Notes under the pieces: model-generated
Database searches by the model: none
The model's input: only the letters and a program-made list of their open reading frames with translations
Told to the model about the DNA's origin: nothing
Source: Thermoanaerobaculia bacterium
GTDB lineage: Bacteria; Acidobacteriota; Thermoanaerobaculia; UBA5066
Length of the DNA: 64,000 nt
Reading direction: 5' to 3'
Assembly: GCA_963719225.1 (NCBI GenBank)
Contig: CAVRAY010000001.1
Location: 608,001-672,000 of the forward strand
Shown here: piece after piece, positions 19,694 through 29,948 of the stretch
How the letters are laid out: the number at the start of each line of letters is the position of its first letter
Numbering within the stretch: position 1 is the stretch's first letter
Made by a program: the position numbers and the translations under genes

Positions 19694-19758
19694 AATTTAG
19701 ACTAAGTCTAGAAAGAAGTCCATTTGCTCTTGATTCTTAATTATATCGAGTCTAAATT
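19694..19758. promoter_or_regulatory. Two 7-1-7 inverted-repeat boxes (Fur/PerR-like) in the divergent ahpC/rubrerythrin promoter
   Basis: TTAGACT-A-AGTCTAG at 19697 and TTATATC-G-AGTCTAA at 19741. The outer AATTTAGACT...AGTCTAAATT is a perfect 10-bp IR in an AT-rich island. Confidence 0.65.
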
Positions 19759-19784
19759 ACTCGCACGATCACGAAGGAGGATTC

Positions 19785-20207
19785 ATGGCCGAACTCAAGG
19801 GAACGAAAACACACGAAAACCTCAAGCACGCGTTCGCGGGCGAGAGCCAGGCGAACCGCCGCTACCTCTACTTCGCCGACAAGGCCGACATCGAGGGGTA
19901 CCCCGAGATTGCCGGAAACTTCCGTGACACGGCCGAAGGCGAAACCGGCCATGCGCACGGTCACATGGACTACCTCAAAGCGGCGGGAGATCCGGCGACG
20001 GGACTCCCGTTCGGCTCGACGACTCTGAACCTCAAGAGCGCGATCGAAGGCGAAACGTACGAGTACACGCAGATGTACCCGGGCTTCGCGAAGACCGCCC
20101 GCGAGGAGGGCTTCGCCGAAGTCGCCGACTGGTTCGAGACGCTCGCGCGCGCCGAGAAGTCGCACGCGAACCGCTTCTCGAAGCTCCTGACGACGATCGG
20201 GACCTAG
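19785..20207 (+). CDS. rbr: Short rubrerythrin (no rubredoxin domain)
   Basis: [24 protein letters not shown] and EKSH di-iron motifs; AGGAGG SD. Confidence 0.93.
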   Translation: MAELKGTKTHENLKHAFAGESQANRRYLYFADKADIEGYPEIAGNFRDTAEGETGHAHGHMDYLKAAGDPATGLPFGSTTLNLKSAIEGETYEYTQMYPGFAKTAREEGFAEVADWFETLARAEKSHANRFSKLLTTIGT

Positions 20208-20303
20208 AGAGCAAGAAGAGAAGAGAAGAGATTTGCTTAGAAGATAAGAGGGGAGGGGTCACCGCGCGCTGATCGTCCCCTCTCCTTCAAAGAATCTCTC
20301 CTC
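20208..20303. repeat. Dispersed motif cluster C, just after the rubrerythrin stop
   Basis: Plus GAAGAGATTTGCTTAGAAGATAAGAGGGG (core 20230-20243) and partner arm CCCCTCTCCTTCAAAGAATCTCTC at 20277. Confidence 0.7.
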
Positions 20304-20310
20304 GAACGTT

Positions 20311-21612
20311 ATGGGAGCCGTAGGTTCGCCCGTCAAGGTCATCGACAGTCCATCTCTCTCTCTTGAGCTGACCCGCGTTGCGGACATCTGTCACGGGTGC
20401 CGGCGGTGCTTTTCGCTGTGCCCTTCGTTCGACGTGCTCTTCAAGGGACTCGACGTCCCGGAGGTGGACGGCGAGGCGGAGAAGCTGCCGAAGAAGGTCC
20501 TCGACGACTTCGTGGATCTTTGTTACGAGTGCAAGCTCTGCATCCCGCACTGCCCGTACATCCCGCCGCACCGCTGGGCGGTGGACGTCCCGCACCTCGT
20601 CCTGGAGTCGCGCAACGTCCGGATGAAGGAGACGGGCCTTCCTCTCCGCGAGCGTCTCCTTTCGCGTCCCGACGCCCTCGGCCGCCTCGCGCGGCCGGTC
20701 GCGCCGGTCGCGAACTTCGTGAACACGCTGCCGCTCGCGCGCTGGGCCCTGGAGAAGACGCTCGGCGTCGCGGCCGGGAAAGACCTGCCGCATTTCGTCT
20801 GGCGCACGTTCACGGCATGGTTCGAGACTCGCGAGGCGCCCGCCAGGACGGGGAAGCCCGTCGCGAAAGTCGTCCTTTTTCCGACCTGTTCCGTCGAGTG
20901 GAACCGGCCGGACATCGGGCGGGCCGCGGTCGCGGTCCTCGAGAAGAACCGGGTCGAGGTCGCGGTCGCGTATCCGCAATGCTGCGGGATGCCGCTCTTC
21001 GACGTCGGGGACGTCGGGGGCGCGGACGAGGCCCGCCGGGCATTCGTGTCCTCGATGAAAGGCTGGGTCGATCGCGGCTACACGATCGTGACGCCCGGCC
21101 CCTCGTGCTCTCTCATGATCAAGAAGGAGTATCCGTGGCTCGAGAAGCGAGGCGAGGTCGGGACGGGCGCCGCGACGGCCCCGACGGACACGCAGGCCGT
21201 CGCCGCCGCCACGCGCGACCTCTTCGAATTCCTCGCCGAGCTGAAGGCGAAGGGACTTCTGGCGCTCGACTTCCCGAACGCCCCGAAGTCGATCGCCTAT
21301 CACCTGCCTTGTCATCTGAAAGTCCAGAACATGGGCTTCAAGTCGCGCGATCTCCTCGCCGCCACGGGGGCGTCCGTCACGATGGTGGAGAAGTGCTCCG
21401 GCCACGACGGCACCTGGGCGATGAAGGAGGAGTATTTCGGCCTCTCGATGCAGGTGGGAAAGAAGCTCTTCGACGGACTCGCCGATGCCAACGCGGACGT
21501 CATTGCCTCCGACTGCGCCCTGGCGGGAGTGCAGATCCGGCAGGGGATGGGCACAGCCGTGAAACACCCCATCGAAATCCTACGCGATGCCTATGGATTG
21601 CCGGCTGATTGA
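20311..21612 (+). CDS. Rubrerythrin-associated Fe-S oxidoreductase (GlpC/heterodisulfide reductase-like)
   Basis: CHGCRRCFSLC, CYECKLC...CPY and two CCG-type domains (QCCGMP, CSGHDG). Confidence 0.88.
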   Translation: MGAVGSPVKVIDSPSLSLELTRVADICHGCRRCFSLCPSFDVLFKGLDVPEVDGEAEKLPKKVLDDFVDLCYECKLCIPHCPYIPPHRWAVDVPHLVLESRNVRMKETGLPLRERLLSRPDALGRLARPVAPVANFVNTLPLARWALEKTLGVAAGKDLPHFVWRTFTAWFETREAPARTGKPVAKVVLFPTCSVEWNRPDIGRAAVAVLEKNRVEVAVAYPQCCGMPLFDVGDVGGADEARRAFVSSMKGWVDRGYTIVTPGPSCSLMIKKEYPWLEKRGEVGTGAATAPTDTQAVAAATRDLFEFLAELKAKGLLALDFPNAPKSIAYHLPCHLKVQNMGFKSRDLLAATGASVTMVEKCSGHDGTWAMKEEYFGLSMQVGKKLFDGLADANADVIASDCALAGVQIRQGMGTAVKHPIEILRDAYGLPAD

Positions 21613-21618
21613 AGCGAA

Positions 21619-21645
21619 GGATTTTCACCTTCCAAGAAAAACATC
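21619..21645 (-). repeat. Single degenerate copy of the dispersed motif between the Fe-S oxidoreductase and DUF3501 genes
   Basis: Minus strand GATGTTTTTCTTGGAAGGTGAAAATCC. Confidence 0.45.
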
Positions 21646-21653
21646 GAAATGAA

Positions 21654-22241
21654 ATGAAGAAACTTGTCCTTTCTGACGTGAAGAACCTCCAGGAATACGA
21701 GCTCATCCGAGACGAGTGGCGGCGCGAGATCATCGCCGTGAAAGCGAAACGGCGCGTCCTCCTCGGCGACATGATGTCTCTCGTCTTCGAGAGCCGCCTA
21801 ACCGTCCTGAATCAGGTCCAGGAGATGTGCCGGGCCGAGCGCCTCGCGAAGCCGGAAGCCGTCCAGCAGGAAATCGACGTGTACAACGAGCTGATTCCCG
21901 ACGCCGGCGAGCTTTCAGCCACGCTTCTCGTCGAGATCACCGAGGAAGCGCGCATCCAGCCCCAGCTCGACCGGCTCCTGGGCCTCTCCTCCGGCCGTCA
22001 TCTCTGGCTCGAGCTGAACGGCCGCAAGGTGTTCGCGCGCTTCCTCGAAGGACAGGGGCGCGAGGATCGGATCGCCGCCGTCCAGTACCTGCGGTTTCCG
22101 ATCGGGACCGATCCCGAAGATCGCGGGGCGCTCGCAGGTGGCCCGGCGGCGGTGGTCCTCCACGTCGAACACCCGGGCTACCAGGCTCACGCCGTCCTTT
22201 CCCTCGAGACCCGCGCCGAAATCGCCCGCGATCTCGACTGA
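21654..22241 (+). CDS. DUF3501-family protein
   Basis: RRVLLG, FE..TVLNQVQEM, YNELIP..LSATL and AVQYLRF motifs; usual partner of rbr and the Fe-S oxidoreductase. Confidence 0.85.
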   Translation: MKKLVLSDVKNLQEYELIRDEWRREIIAVKAKRRVLLGDMMSLVFESRLTVLNQVQEMCRAERLAKPEAVQQEIDVYNELIPDAGELSATLLVEITEEARIQPQLDRLLGLSSGRHLWLELNGRKVFARFLEGQGREDRIAAVQYLRFPIGTDPEDRGALAGGPAAVVLHVEHPGYQAHAVLSLETRAEIARDLD

Positions 22242-22266
22242 CGCCCGTCCGGGGCGCGAATAGAAT
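22238..22266 (+). promoter_or_regulatory. Sigma70-type promoter of sixA (leaderless type)
   Basis: CTGACG-17 bp-TAGAAT with ATG 6 nt downstream. Confidence 0.6.
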
Positions 22267-22272
22267 CGGCCG

Positions 22273-22764
22273 ATGCTGATCCACTTGCTCCGCCACGCCG
22301 AAGCCGAAGACGTTTCCCCGACCGGGCGAGACCCCGATCGCCGGCTCACCGAGGAAGGCCGGAAGCGGATGCGAGCCGTCGCCAAGGCGATCGCGAAGCT
22401 GGAGCCCGGTTACGAGGCCGTGCTCGTCTCACCGTTCGTCCGCTCCCGCCAGACGGCCGAGCCGGTGGCCGAGACGTGCGGTTTCAAGCGGCCGTTCACG
22501 GAGACGAAGAGCCTCGCCCCCAATGCCGACCCCGCCGAGGTTCTCCACGAACTCGCACGGCTCGGCCCGGCCAGCGCTCTGCTCGTCGGCCACCAACCTC
22601 ATTTCGGCCTTCTGTTCGGGCTGCTCCTCTCGGGCCGTCGCGACCTCGAAATCCCGATGAAGAAGGCCGGCCTCGCGGCATTCGAAGCCCCCGCGGATCC
22701 GTCCCTCGGACCTGCGGAGCTGAAGTTTCTCCTTCCTCCGAGACTCCTGGAAAAGCTGGCATGA
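22273..22764 (+). CDS. sixA: Phosphohistidine phosphatase SixA
   Basis: LLRHAEA, RRLTEEG, SPFVRSRQTA and VGHQP motifs. Confidence 0.9.
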   Translation: MLIHLLRHAEAEDVSPTGRDPDRRLTEEGRKRMRAVAKAIAKLEPGYEAVLVSPFVRSRQTAEPVAETCGFKRPFTETKSLAPNADPAEVLHELARLGPASALLVGHQPHFGLLFGLLLSGRRDLEIPMKKAGLAAFEAPADPSLGPAELKFLLPPRLLEKLA

Positions 22765-22842
22765 CAACGAGTTACGTTCGGCAAGGCGAATAGTTGAGCC
22801 GTTCCTGATAGGATCTCGCGTTCTTGGAGGAACGATTTTCCC

Positions 22843-23442
22843 ATGGGTAAAAGCATTGCTCTCGGCTGCATCGTCCTCGTCCTGGTCGGCGTTCTCGTCG
22901 TCGGCGGCATGGCGGCGGGCGCCTACAACAAGCTGAACTCGGCCGATCAGGCCGTCAGCGCGGGCTGGGCCCAGGTGGAGAACGTTTACCAGCGCCGTGC
23001 CGATCTGATCCCGAATCTCGTCGAGACGGTCAAGGGAGCGGCGAACTTCGAAAAAGACACGCTCACGCAAGTCATCCAGGCGCGCGCCTCGGCCTCGCAA
23101 GTCAAGCTCGACGCGAACTCCATCAAGGACCCCGCCGCGTTCGACAAGTTCCAGAAGGCGCAGGACCAGCTCGGGGGGGCCCTCAGCCGCCTTCTCGTCA
23201 CGATCGAGAAGTACCCGGAGCTGAAGGCGAACCAGAACTACCGCGACCTTCAGACGCAGCTCGAGGGCACGGAGAACCGAATCTCCGTCGAGCGGGGCCG
23301 ATTCAATGACGTGACGCAGGCCTACAACACGCTGCGCCGGTCGTTCCCGACCGTCATCGTGGCGAGCTTCGCCGGCTTCAAGGACCGTCCCTACTTCAAG
23401 GCCACGGAAGGCTCGGAAAAGCCGCCGGCCGTGAAGTTCTGA
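22843..23442 (+). CDS. lemA: LemA-family protein
   Basis: N-terminal TM; YQRRADLIPNLV, YPELKAN and LEGTENRI motifs. Confidence 0.95.
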   Translation: MGKSIALGCIVLVLVGVLVVGGMAAGAYNKLNSADQAVSAGWAQVENVYQRRADLIPNLVETVKGAANFEKDTLTQVIQARASASQVKLDANSIKDPAAFDKFQKAQDQLGGALSRLLVTIEKYPELKANQNYRDLQTQLEGTENRISVERGRFNDVTQAYNTLRRSFPTVIVASFAGFKDRPYFKATEGSEKPPAVKF

Positions 23443-23451
23443 CGAGGGAAC

Positions 23452-23590
23452 GAGAGAAAGAGAAGAACAGGGATTCGGATTTTCCTAGAGTGAGAAGAGG
23501 CGGAGGCCGACGGTCGTTCGTTGCCGGAAAGCGCAGCGCTGCCCCTCTTGCCTTCAAAGAAATCTTCCTCTTCATTTCTCTTCTTCTTTC
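23452..23590. repeat. Dispersed motif cluster D, after the lemA stop and overlapping the start and signal peptide of a TPM gene
   Basis: Plus ATTCGGATTTTCCTAGAGTG (23473) matches 53874-53893 at 18/20. Partner arm CCCCTCTTGCCTTCAAAGAAATCTTCC at 23542 shares CCTTCAAAGAA with cluster C. Confidence 0.7.
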
Positions 23591-24356
23591 GGGCGCCGCG
23601 TTCGGCGCGGGCCCGCCGCCTCCGCCGCCAAAGCCCGCGAAGTACCTCACGGATCTCGCGGGGGTCGTCCCGCCCGAGCGCGCGGCGCGCTTGAACGAGA
23701 AGCTCGCGACTTTCGAGCGCGAGACGTCGAACCAGGTCCTCGTCTGGATCGACCGGAAGATCCCGGACGGAACGACGCTCGAAGAGTTCGCGAATCGCGC
23801 GTTCCATGCCTGGGGCGTGGGACAGAAGGGCAAGTCGAACGGCGTCGTCCTCTTCCTCTTCACGGAAAACGGGCGCATCCGGATGGAGGTCGGTTACGGC
23901 CTCGAAGGCGCCCTCCCCGACGCCCGCGCCCACCGCATCAACGCGGAGCTCGTCGCGCCGCTGTTCCGGAAAGGCGACGTCGCGGGTGCGGTCGATGCCG
24001 GGACGAACGCAATTCTCGCGGCGGCGCGGGGCGAGCCCTACAAAGGAACCGGCCGAACATCCGCCGAGAAGCGCGGGCCGCTCGGGCTCCCACCCGGCAG
24101 GAGCCTCGGCGCGCTGATTCCGCTTGCTCTTTTCTTCGGTGGGTTCGTTTTCATCTTCGCGATCATCGTCTGGGCCGCGCGCCGGAGCGGGCGCGGCAGG
24201 GGGTTGCCGGGGTCGTCGGGCTGGGTGTCCGGCTCCGATTCTTATTCTTCGTCCTCTTCCGACTTCTCGTCGTCGTCTTCGTCGTCCGATTCCTCGTCCT
24301 CGTCTGATTTTTCCGGGGGCGGAGGAGACAGCGGCGGTGGCGGCTCGAGCGACTAG
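23490..24356 (+). CDS. TPM-domain (YgcG-like) membrane protein with a Ser/Gly-rich tail
   Basis: LTDLAG, WGVG..NGVVLF and MEVGYGLEGALPD motifs; TM segment; start uncertain. Confidence 0.85.
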   Translation: MRRGGGRRSFVAGKRSAAPLAFKEIFLFISLLLSGAAFGAGPPPPPPKPAKYLTDLAGVVPPERAARLNEKLATFERETSNQVLVWIDRKIPDGTTLEEFANRAFHAWGVGQKGKSNGVVLFLFTENGRIRMEVGYGLEGALPDARAHRINAELVAPLFRKGDVAGAVDAGTNAILAAARGEPYKGTGRTSAEKRGPLGLPPGRSLGALIPLALFFGGFVFIFAIIVWAARRSGRGRGLPGSSGWVSGSDSYSSSSSDFSSSSSSSDSSSSSDFSGGGGDSGGGGSSD

Positions 24357-24366
24357 CTCGAACTCC

Positions 24367-25128
24367 ATGCGATACCGCAACCCGATCGCTCTTTCCCTCC
24401 TTCTCCTCGCCGGGGTTCTCGCCGCGGCCGGGCCGGTCGTTCCGCCGACGCCCACGCGGTACGTGACGGACAACGCGGGCGTCATCGCGTCCGACGCGAA
24501 TGCGCGGCTGGAGACACGTCTCGCCGACTTCGAGAGGGAGACCTCGAACCAGTTCCTCGTTTACACGCAGACGACGATCCCCGAAGGCACCACGCTCGAG
24601 GAATACACGGTCGCGTGCGCGCAGGCCTGGAAGGCCGGGCAGACGCAGAGGAAGAACGGGATGATCCTCTTCGTCTTCCCCGGATCGCGGAAGGCGCGCC
24701 TCGAGGTCGGCTACGGCCTGGAAGGCGCTATGCCCGACGCCCTCGCGCGCCGAGTCCTCGACGAGCAGGTGATCCCGCGCTTCCGGACGGGCGACTACAG
24801 CGGCGGGATCTCAGCGGGCGTCACCGCCGCGATCGCGGCCACACGTGGCGAGTACAAGGGGACCGGAAGGACGCGCGGGCAACGCCAGGAGCGGGGTCTG
24901 CCCTTCCCGCTTTTCCTCGCCCTCCTCTTCTTCTTTTTCTTCGGAATCATCCCCTTCTTCTTCGGGCGTCGCGGCGGATACTCGTACATAGGCCGCGGCG
25001 GCTGGGGCTCAGGGGGCTTCGGCGGCTTCGGCGGGTTCGGTGGCGGCGGCTTCGGCGGCGGGGGAGGAGGCGGCTTCTCGGGCGGCGGCGGCTCCTTCGG
25101 GGGCGGCGGCGCGAGCGGGAGCTGGTGA
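24367..25128 (+). CDS. TPM-domain (YgcG-like) membrane protein with a Gly-rich tail
   Basis: VTDNAG, LEVGYGLEGAMPD and C-terminal GGGGSFGGGGASGSW. Confidence 0.9.
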   Translation: MRYRNPIALSLLLLAGVLAAAGPVVPPTPTRYVTDNAGVIASDANARLETRLADFERETSNQFLVYTQTTIPEGTTLEEYTVACAQAWKAGQTQRKNGMILFVFPGSRKARLEVGYGLEGAMPDALARRVLDEQVIPRFRTGDYSGGISAGVTAAIAATRGEYKGTGRTRGQRQERGLPFPLFLALLFFFFFGIIPFFFGRRGGYSYIGRGGWGSGGFGGFGGFGGGGFGGGGGGGFSGGGGSFGGGGASGSW

Positions 25129-25578
25129 ATGGCGAGACACCGGAAGACGGCGGCGTTCTTCGACGGCCTCGATCGCCCTGCGATCGTCGAAGCGATCAAG
25201 CGGGCCGAGTCGAAGAGCTTCGGCGAGATCCGCGTGCATCTTCACCGCGGACCCGTCTCCGACGCGCTCGACGCTGCGCAGGCCGCCTTCAAGAAGCTCG
25301 GCATGGAAAAGACGGTGCAGGGCAGCGGCTGTCTCGTGTTCATCGCCCCGGAGGCGCGCGCCTTCGCGGTCGTCGGGGGTACCGGGATCCACGAGAAGGT
25401 GGGGGACACCTTCTGGGCCGAAGCGCGGGACGCGGCGCAGGCGCTTTTCGTGGACGGAAAGTTCACGGAAGGCATCGTCGCGGCCGTCGACAAGCTCGGC
25501 GACGCGCTCGCGCTGCATTTTCCGAAGGCAGGACGATCGGACACGAACGAGCTTTCGGACGAGGTCAGCGAGGACTGA
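25129..25578 (+). CDS. Short TPM-domain protein
   Basis: AIKRAE..GEIRVH, F.KLGM, GIHEKVGDTFW and NELSDEVS motifs. Confidence 0.88.
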   Translation: MARHRKTAAFFDGLDRPAIVEAIKRAESKSFGEIRVHLHRGPVSDALDAAQAAFKKLGMEKTVQGSGCLVFIAPEARAFAVVGGTGIHEKVGDTFWAEARDAAQALFVDGKFTEGIVAAVDKLGDALALHFPKAGRSDTNELSDEVSED

Positions 25579-25585
25579 CGCCGCT

Positions 25586-25614
25586 TTGACAGGTGTCGGC
25601 GGGTCTGGTAAGTT
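25586..25614 (+). promoter_or_regulatory. Sigma70 promoter of rplU-rpmA-obgE
   Basis: TTGACA-17 bp-TAAGTT with TG upstream of the -10; GAGGT SD before rplU. Confidence 0.7.
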
Positions 25615-25649
25615 TGTCGGCCGTTTTGTTCGGGAAATCGAGGTAAAGC

Positions 25650-25970
25650 ATGTACGCAGTGATCCGGACCGGTGGGAAGCAGGTGCGCGTCGCCGAAGGC
25701 GACGTCGTGCGTGTCGAGCGCCTCACGAAAGAGACCCTGAAGAAGGGCGCGGAGGTGTCTCTCCCCGAGGTCCTCGCCATCGGCAAGGACGACGGCCTGC
25801 ACCTCGGCTCCCCGCTCGTTTCCGGCGCCGCGGTCACGGGCGTCGTCGTGCGCGAGATGCGCGGGCCGAAGCTCCTCGTCTACAAGAAGAAGCGCCGGAA
25901 AGGCTTCCAGCGCACCCACGGACACCGTCAGGATCTCGTCGAGATCCGCATCGCGTCCATCGTCGGATAA
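25650..25970 (+). CDS. rplU: 50S ribosomal protein L21
   Basis: [11 protein letters not shown] and GHRQ motifs. Confidence 0.97.
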   Translation: MYAVIRTGGKQVRVAEGDVVRVERLTKETLKKGAEVSLPEVLAIGKDDGLHLGSPLVSGAAVTGVVVREMRGPKLLVYKKKRRKGFQRTHGHRQDLVEIRIASIVG

Positions 25971-25980
25971 GGGACCAGTC

Positions 25981-26250
25981 ATGGCACACAAAAAAGGTCA
26001 GGGTTCGTCCCGCAACGGGCGCGACAGCAACAGCCAGCGCCTCGGCGTGAAACGCTTCGCGGGCCAGCTCGTCTCCGGCGGCTCGATCCTCGTTCGGCAG
26101 CGCGGCACGCCGCTCAAACCCGGCGAGAACGTCGGCCGCGCCAAGGACGATTCGCTCTTCGCGAAGGTGGACGGCATCGTGAATTTCCACGACAAGGGCC
26201 GCCTGGGCCGATTCGTGTCGATCACGCCCGCGGCGGAAAAGACCGCGTAG
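25981..26250 (+). CDS. rpmA: 50S ribosomal protein L27
   Basis: [16 protein letters not shown] and ILVRQRG motifs. Confidence 0.97.
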   Translation: MAHKKGQGSSRNGRDSNSQRLGVKRFAGQLVSGGSILVRQRGTPLKPGENVGRAKDDSLFAKVDGIVNFHDKGRLGRFVSITPAAEKTA

Positions 26251-26266
26251 GTCGGTGTTTCCGTGA

Positions 26267-27956
<1,690 letters not shown>

Positions 27957-27960
<4 letters not shown>

Positions 27961-28433
27961 AACATCCGGTTCCCCAGGTGGGGCCGATCGACGACCTCAT
28001 CGAGGCGACCCTGCAGCGCGCCGGGATGCGGGCGGACTCTGCCGAGCCGGAGAGGCCCCGCGCGAGCGCCGACCCCGCCCTCGACGAGCGCCTCACGGCG
28101 CAGCTCAAGAAGGGCGTGGCCGCCCTGCTCGACAAGAAAGCCGAGAAGCTCGTCGTCCTGAACCTCCAGGGCCTGACGACGATGTCCGACTACTTCGTGC
28201 TGGCCACGGCCGGCAGCGATCGGCAGGCGCAGGCGCTCGCGGACGCCGTGGAGATGGCTCTCAAGACGGAAGGGCGCCGGCCCCTCTCGATCGAGGGGTA
28301 TCAGTCCGCGGCCTGGATCCTCCTCGATTACGGCGACGTCGTGTTCCACGTCTTCCACCACGAGGCGCGCCGCTTCTACGGCCTCGAGAGACTCTGGGGG
28401 GATGCTCCGGACGCCACGGCGGCGTTCCGCTAG
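27957..28433 (+). CDS. rsfS: Ribosome silencing factor RsfS (start GTG 27957 or ATG 28026)
   Basis: DKKAE, DYFVLAT and WILLDYGDVVFHVF..R.FYGLERLW motifs. Confidence 0.93.
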
Positions 28434-28440
28434 GCGCTGA

Positions 28441-29397
28441 GTGGCGAGACGCGCCGCAGTCCCGGTGCTCTTTTCGACCCGGCATCGCGGCCTCAAGGAA
28501 CAGCTCAGGAGGCTCGCGCGCGCCGCGGACTCCGCGAATACCGTGCTCCTCCTCGGATCGCCCGGAACCGGCAAGGACCGGCTCGCGCGACTTCTCCACG
28601 AGCGCTCGTCGCGCGCGAACGCCCCCTTCGTGCGCGTGGATCTCGCGGCCGTGGCCGACGACCTCTTCGAGAGCGAGCTCTTCGGCCACGAGCGCGGGGC
28701 GTTCACGGGCGCCGTCGCGGGGAAGCCCGGCCTTCTCGAGGGCGCAGGCGACGGCACGCTCTACCTCGACCGGGTCGACGCGCTTTCCCTTCGAGCCCAG
28801 GGAAAGCTGCTGCGCGTCGTCGAGGAGCGCCTCGTGCGGCGCGTGGGGGGCATGCGTATGCTGCCGCTCAAGGCGCGCCTCGTGGCGTCCGCCGGGCCGG
28901 ATCTGCCGCGCCGGGCACGCGCGGGGACGTTTCGGGAGGATCTCTTCTACCGCCTCGCGGTCGTCACGGTCAGCCTTCCGCCTCTCGCCGAGCGCCGCGA
29001 GGACCTCGTTCCGGCGGCGCGCGCCCTCGCGAAGGCCGCGGGCGGCCCGGCCACGTTCACGGCCGCCGCCCGACGCGTGCTGCTCTCCCACGCGTGGCGT
29101 GGAAATTTTCGCGAGCTCGAAAACGTGGTCCGCCGTGCGGCGAACGACGCGACGGCCGCGGGCGCGGCCGCGATCGATGCCCCCCACGTGAAGCTCACGG
29201 GCCCCTCGGATCCCGAGGCGCTTCTCCACGCGGCGGCCCACGCGCGCTGGACTCTGCGGCAGCTTTCGGACGCGTACATCACCCTCGTTCTGGACGAGGC
29301 GGGCGGAAACGTGACGGAAGCGGCGCGCCGCCTCGGGGTCGCCCGCAAGACCCTCTATGCGCGCAAGGATGGCGTCCGAAGAGAACGATCTTCTTAG
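28441..29397 (+). CDS. Sigma-54-dependent activator-like protein with no N-terminal regulatory domain and a degenerate Walker B
   Basis: GSPGTGKD, ESELFGHERGAFTGA, LYLDRV (instead of DE), FREDLFYRL, WRGNFRELEN and a Fis-type HTH. Confidence 0.85.
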   Translation: MARRAAVPVLFSTRHRGLKEQLRRLARAADSANTVLLLGSPGTGKDRLARLLHERSSRANAPFVRVDLAAVADDLFESELFGHERGAFTGAVAGKPGLLEGAGDGTLYLDRVDALSLRAQGKLLRVVEERLVRRVGGMRMLPLKARLVASAGPDLPRRARAGTFREDLFYRLAVVTVSLPPLAERREDLVPAARALAKAAGGPATFTAAARRVLLSHAWRGNFRELENVVRRAANDATAAGAAAIDAPHVKLTGPSDPEALLHAAAHARWTLRQLSDAYITLVLDEAGGNVTEAARRLGVARKTLYARKDGVRRERSS

Positions 29398-29404
29398 AAG
29401 GTGA
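29378..29404 (+). repeat. Single copy of the dispersed motif that supplies the TAG stop of the activator gene
   Basis: GAAGAGAACGATCTTCTTAGAAGGTGA. Confidence 0.6.
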
Positions 29405-29539
29405 TATGGCTTGCGTCCTCTTGGGGCGTGATATCCTCCGCCATTCTCGAAGGGCCCCAATGCTCCTCACGGAGCAGTAAACCGGCCGATCGCAACGTTT
29501 TACCGCCTATCCAAAGTCATCTCGAGGGAGACGACCAGC

Positions 29540-29929
29540 ATGCCACTCAAAGCCGCAGCGATGCCCGCGAAGCCCCTGAGGAAGGAGGCCGGCGAGAAGG
29601 TCAAGAAGCGCCTCCTGGCCCGGCGCGACGAGCTGCTCAAGGACCTTGCGAAGAACCGCGAGGTCTCCGAGGAAACAGTCGACGAATCCGCGCAGGACAT
29701 GGCGGATCGCGCGACGTCCGCCTACACGAAGGAGTTCGCGTACTCGCTTTCAGAGAGCGATCGGAAGATCCTTCTGCTCATCGAAGAGGCGCTCTCACGG
29801 CTGGAAGCCGGAACGTACGGAACCTGCATCCATTGCTCTCAGCCCGTTCAGGAGAAGCGCATCGAGGCGGTTCCCTGGGCGCGCCACTGTCTCGACTGCC
29901 AGGAGCTTCAGGACAAGGGACTGCTGTAG
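29540..29929 (+). CDS. dksA: TraR/DksA-family C4 zinc-finger protein
   Basis: DMADRA coiled-coil tip; YGTCIHC...RIEAVPWARHCLDCQ. Confidence 0.9.
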   Translation: MPLKAAAMPAKPLRKEAGEKVKKRLLARRDELLKDLAKNREVSEETVDESAQDMADRATSAYTKEFAYSLSESDRKILLLIEEALSRLEAGTYGTCIHCSQPVQEKRIEAVPWARHCLDCQELQDKGLL

Positions 29930-29948
29930 CGGGATTTCGGAGCTTCTT

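Noticed and set aside
14907-23590. Motif pairs read as integron attC sites or CRISPR repeats
   Set aside because: No RYYYAAC/GTTRRRY ends, no integrase or cas genes, irregular multi-kb spacing, and the flanking genes are housekeeping.
24235-25125. Low-complexity TCG/TCT and GGC runs
   Set aside because: They encode the Ser- and Gly-rich tails normal for TPM/YgcG proteins.
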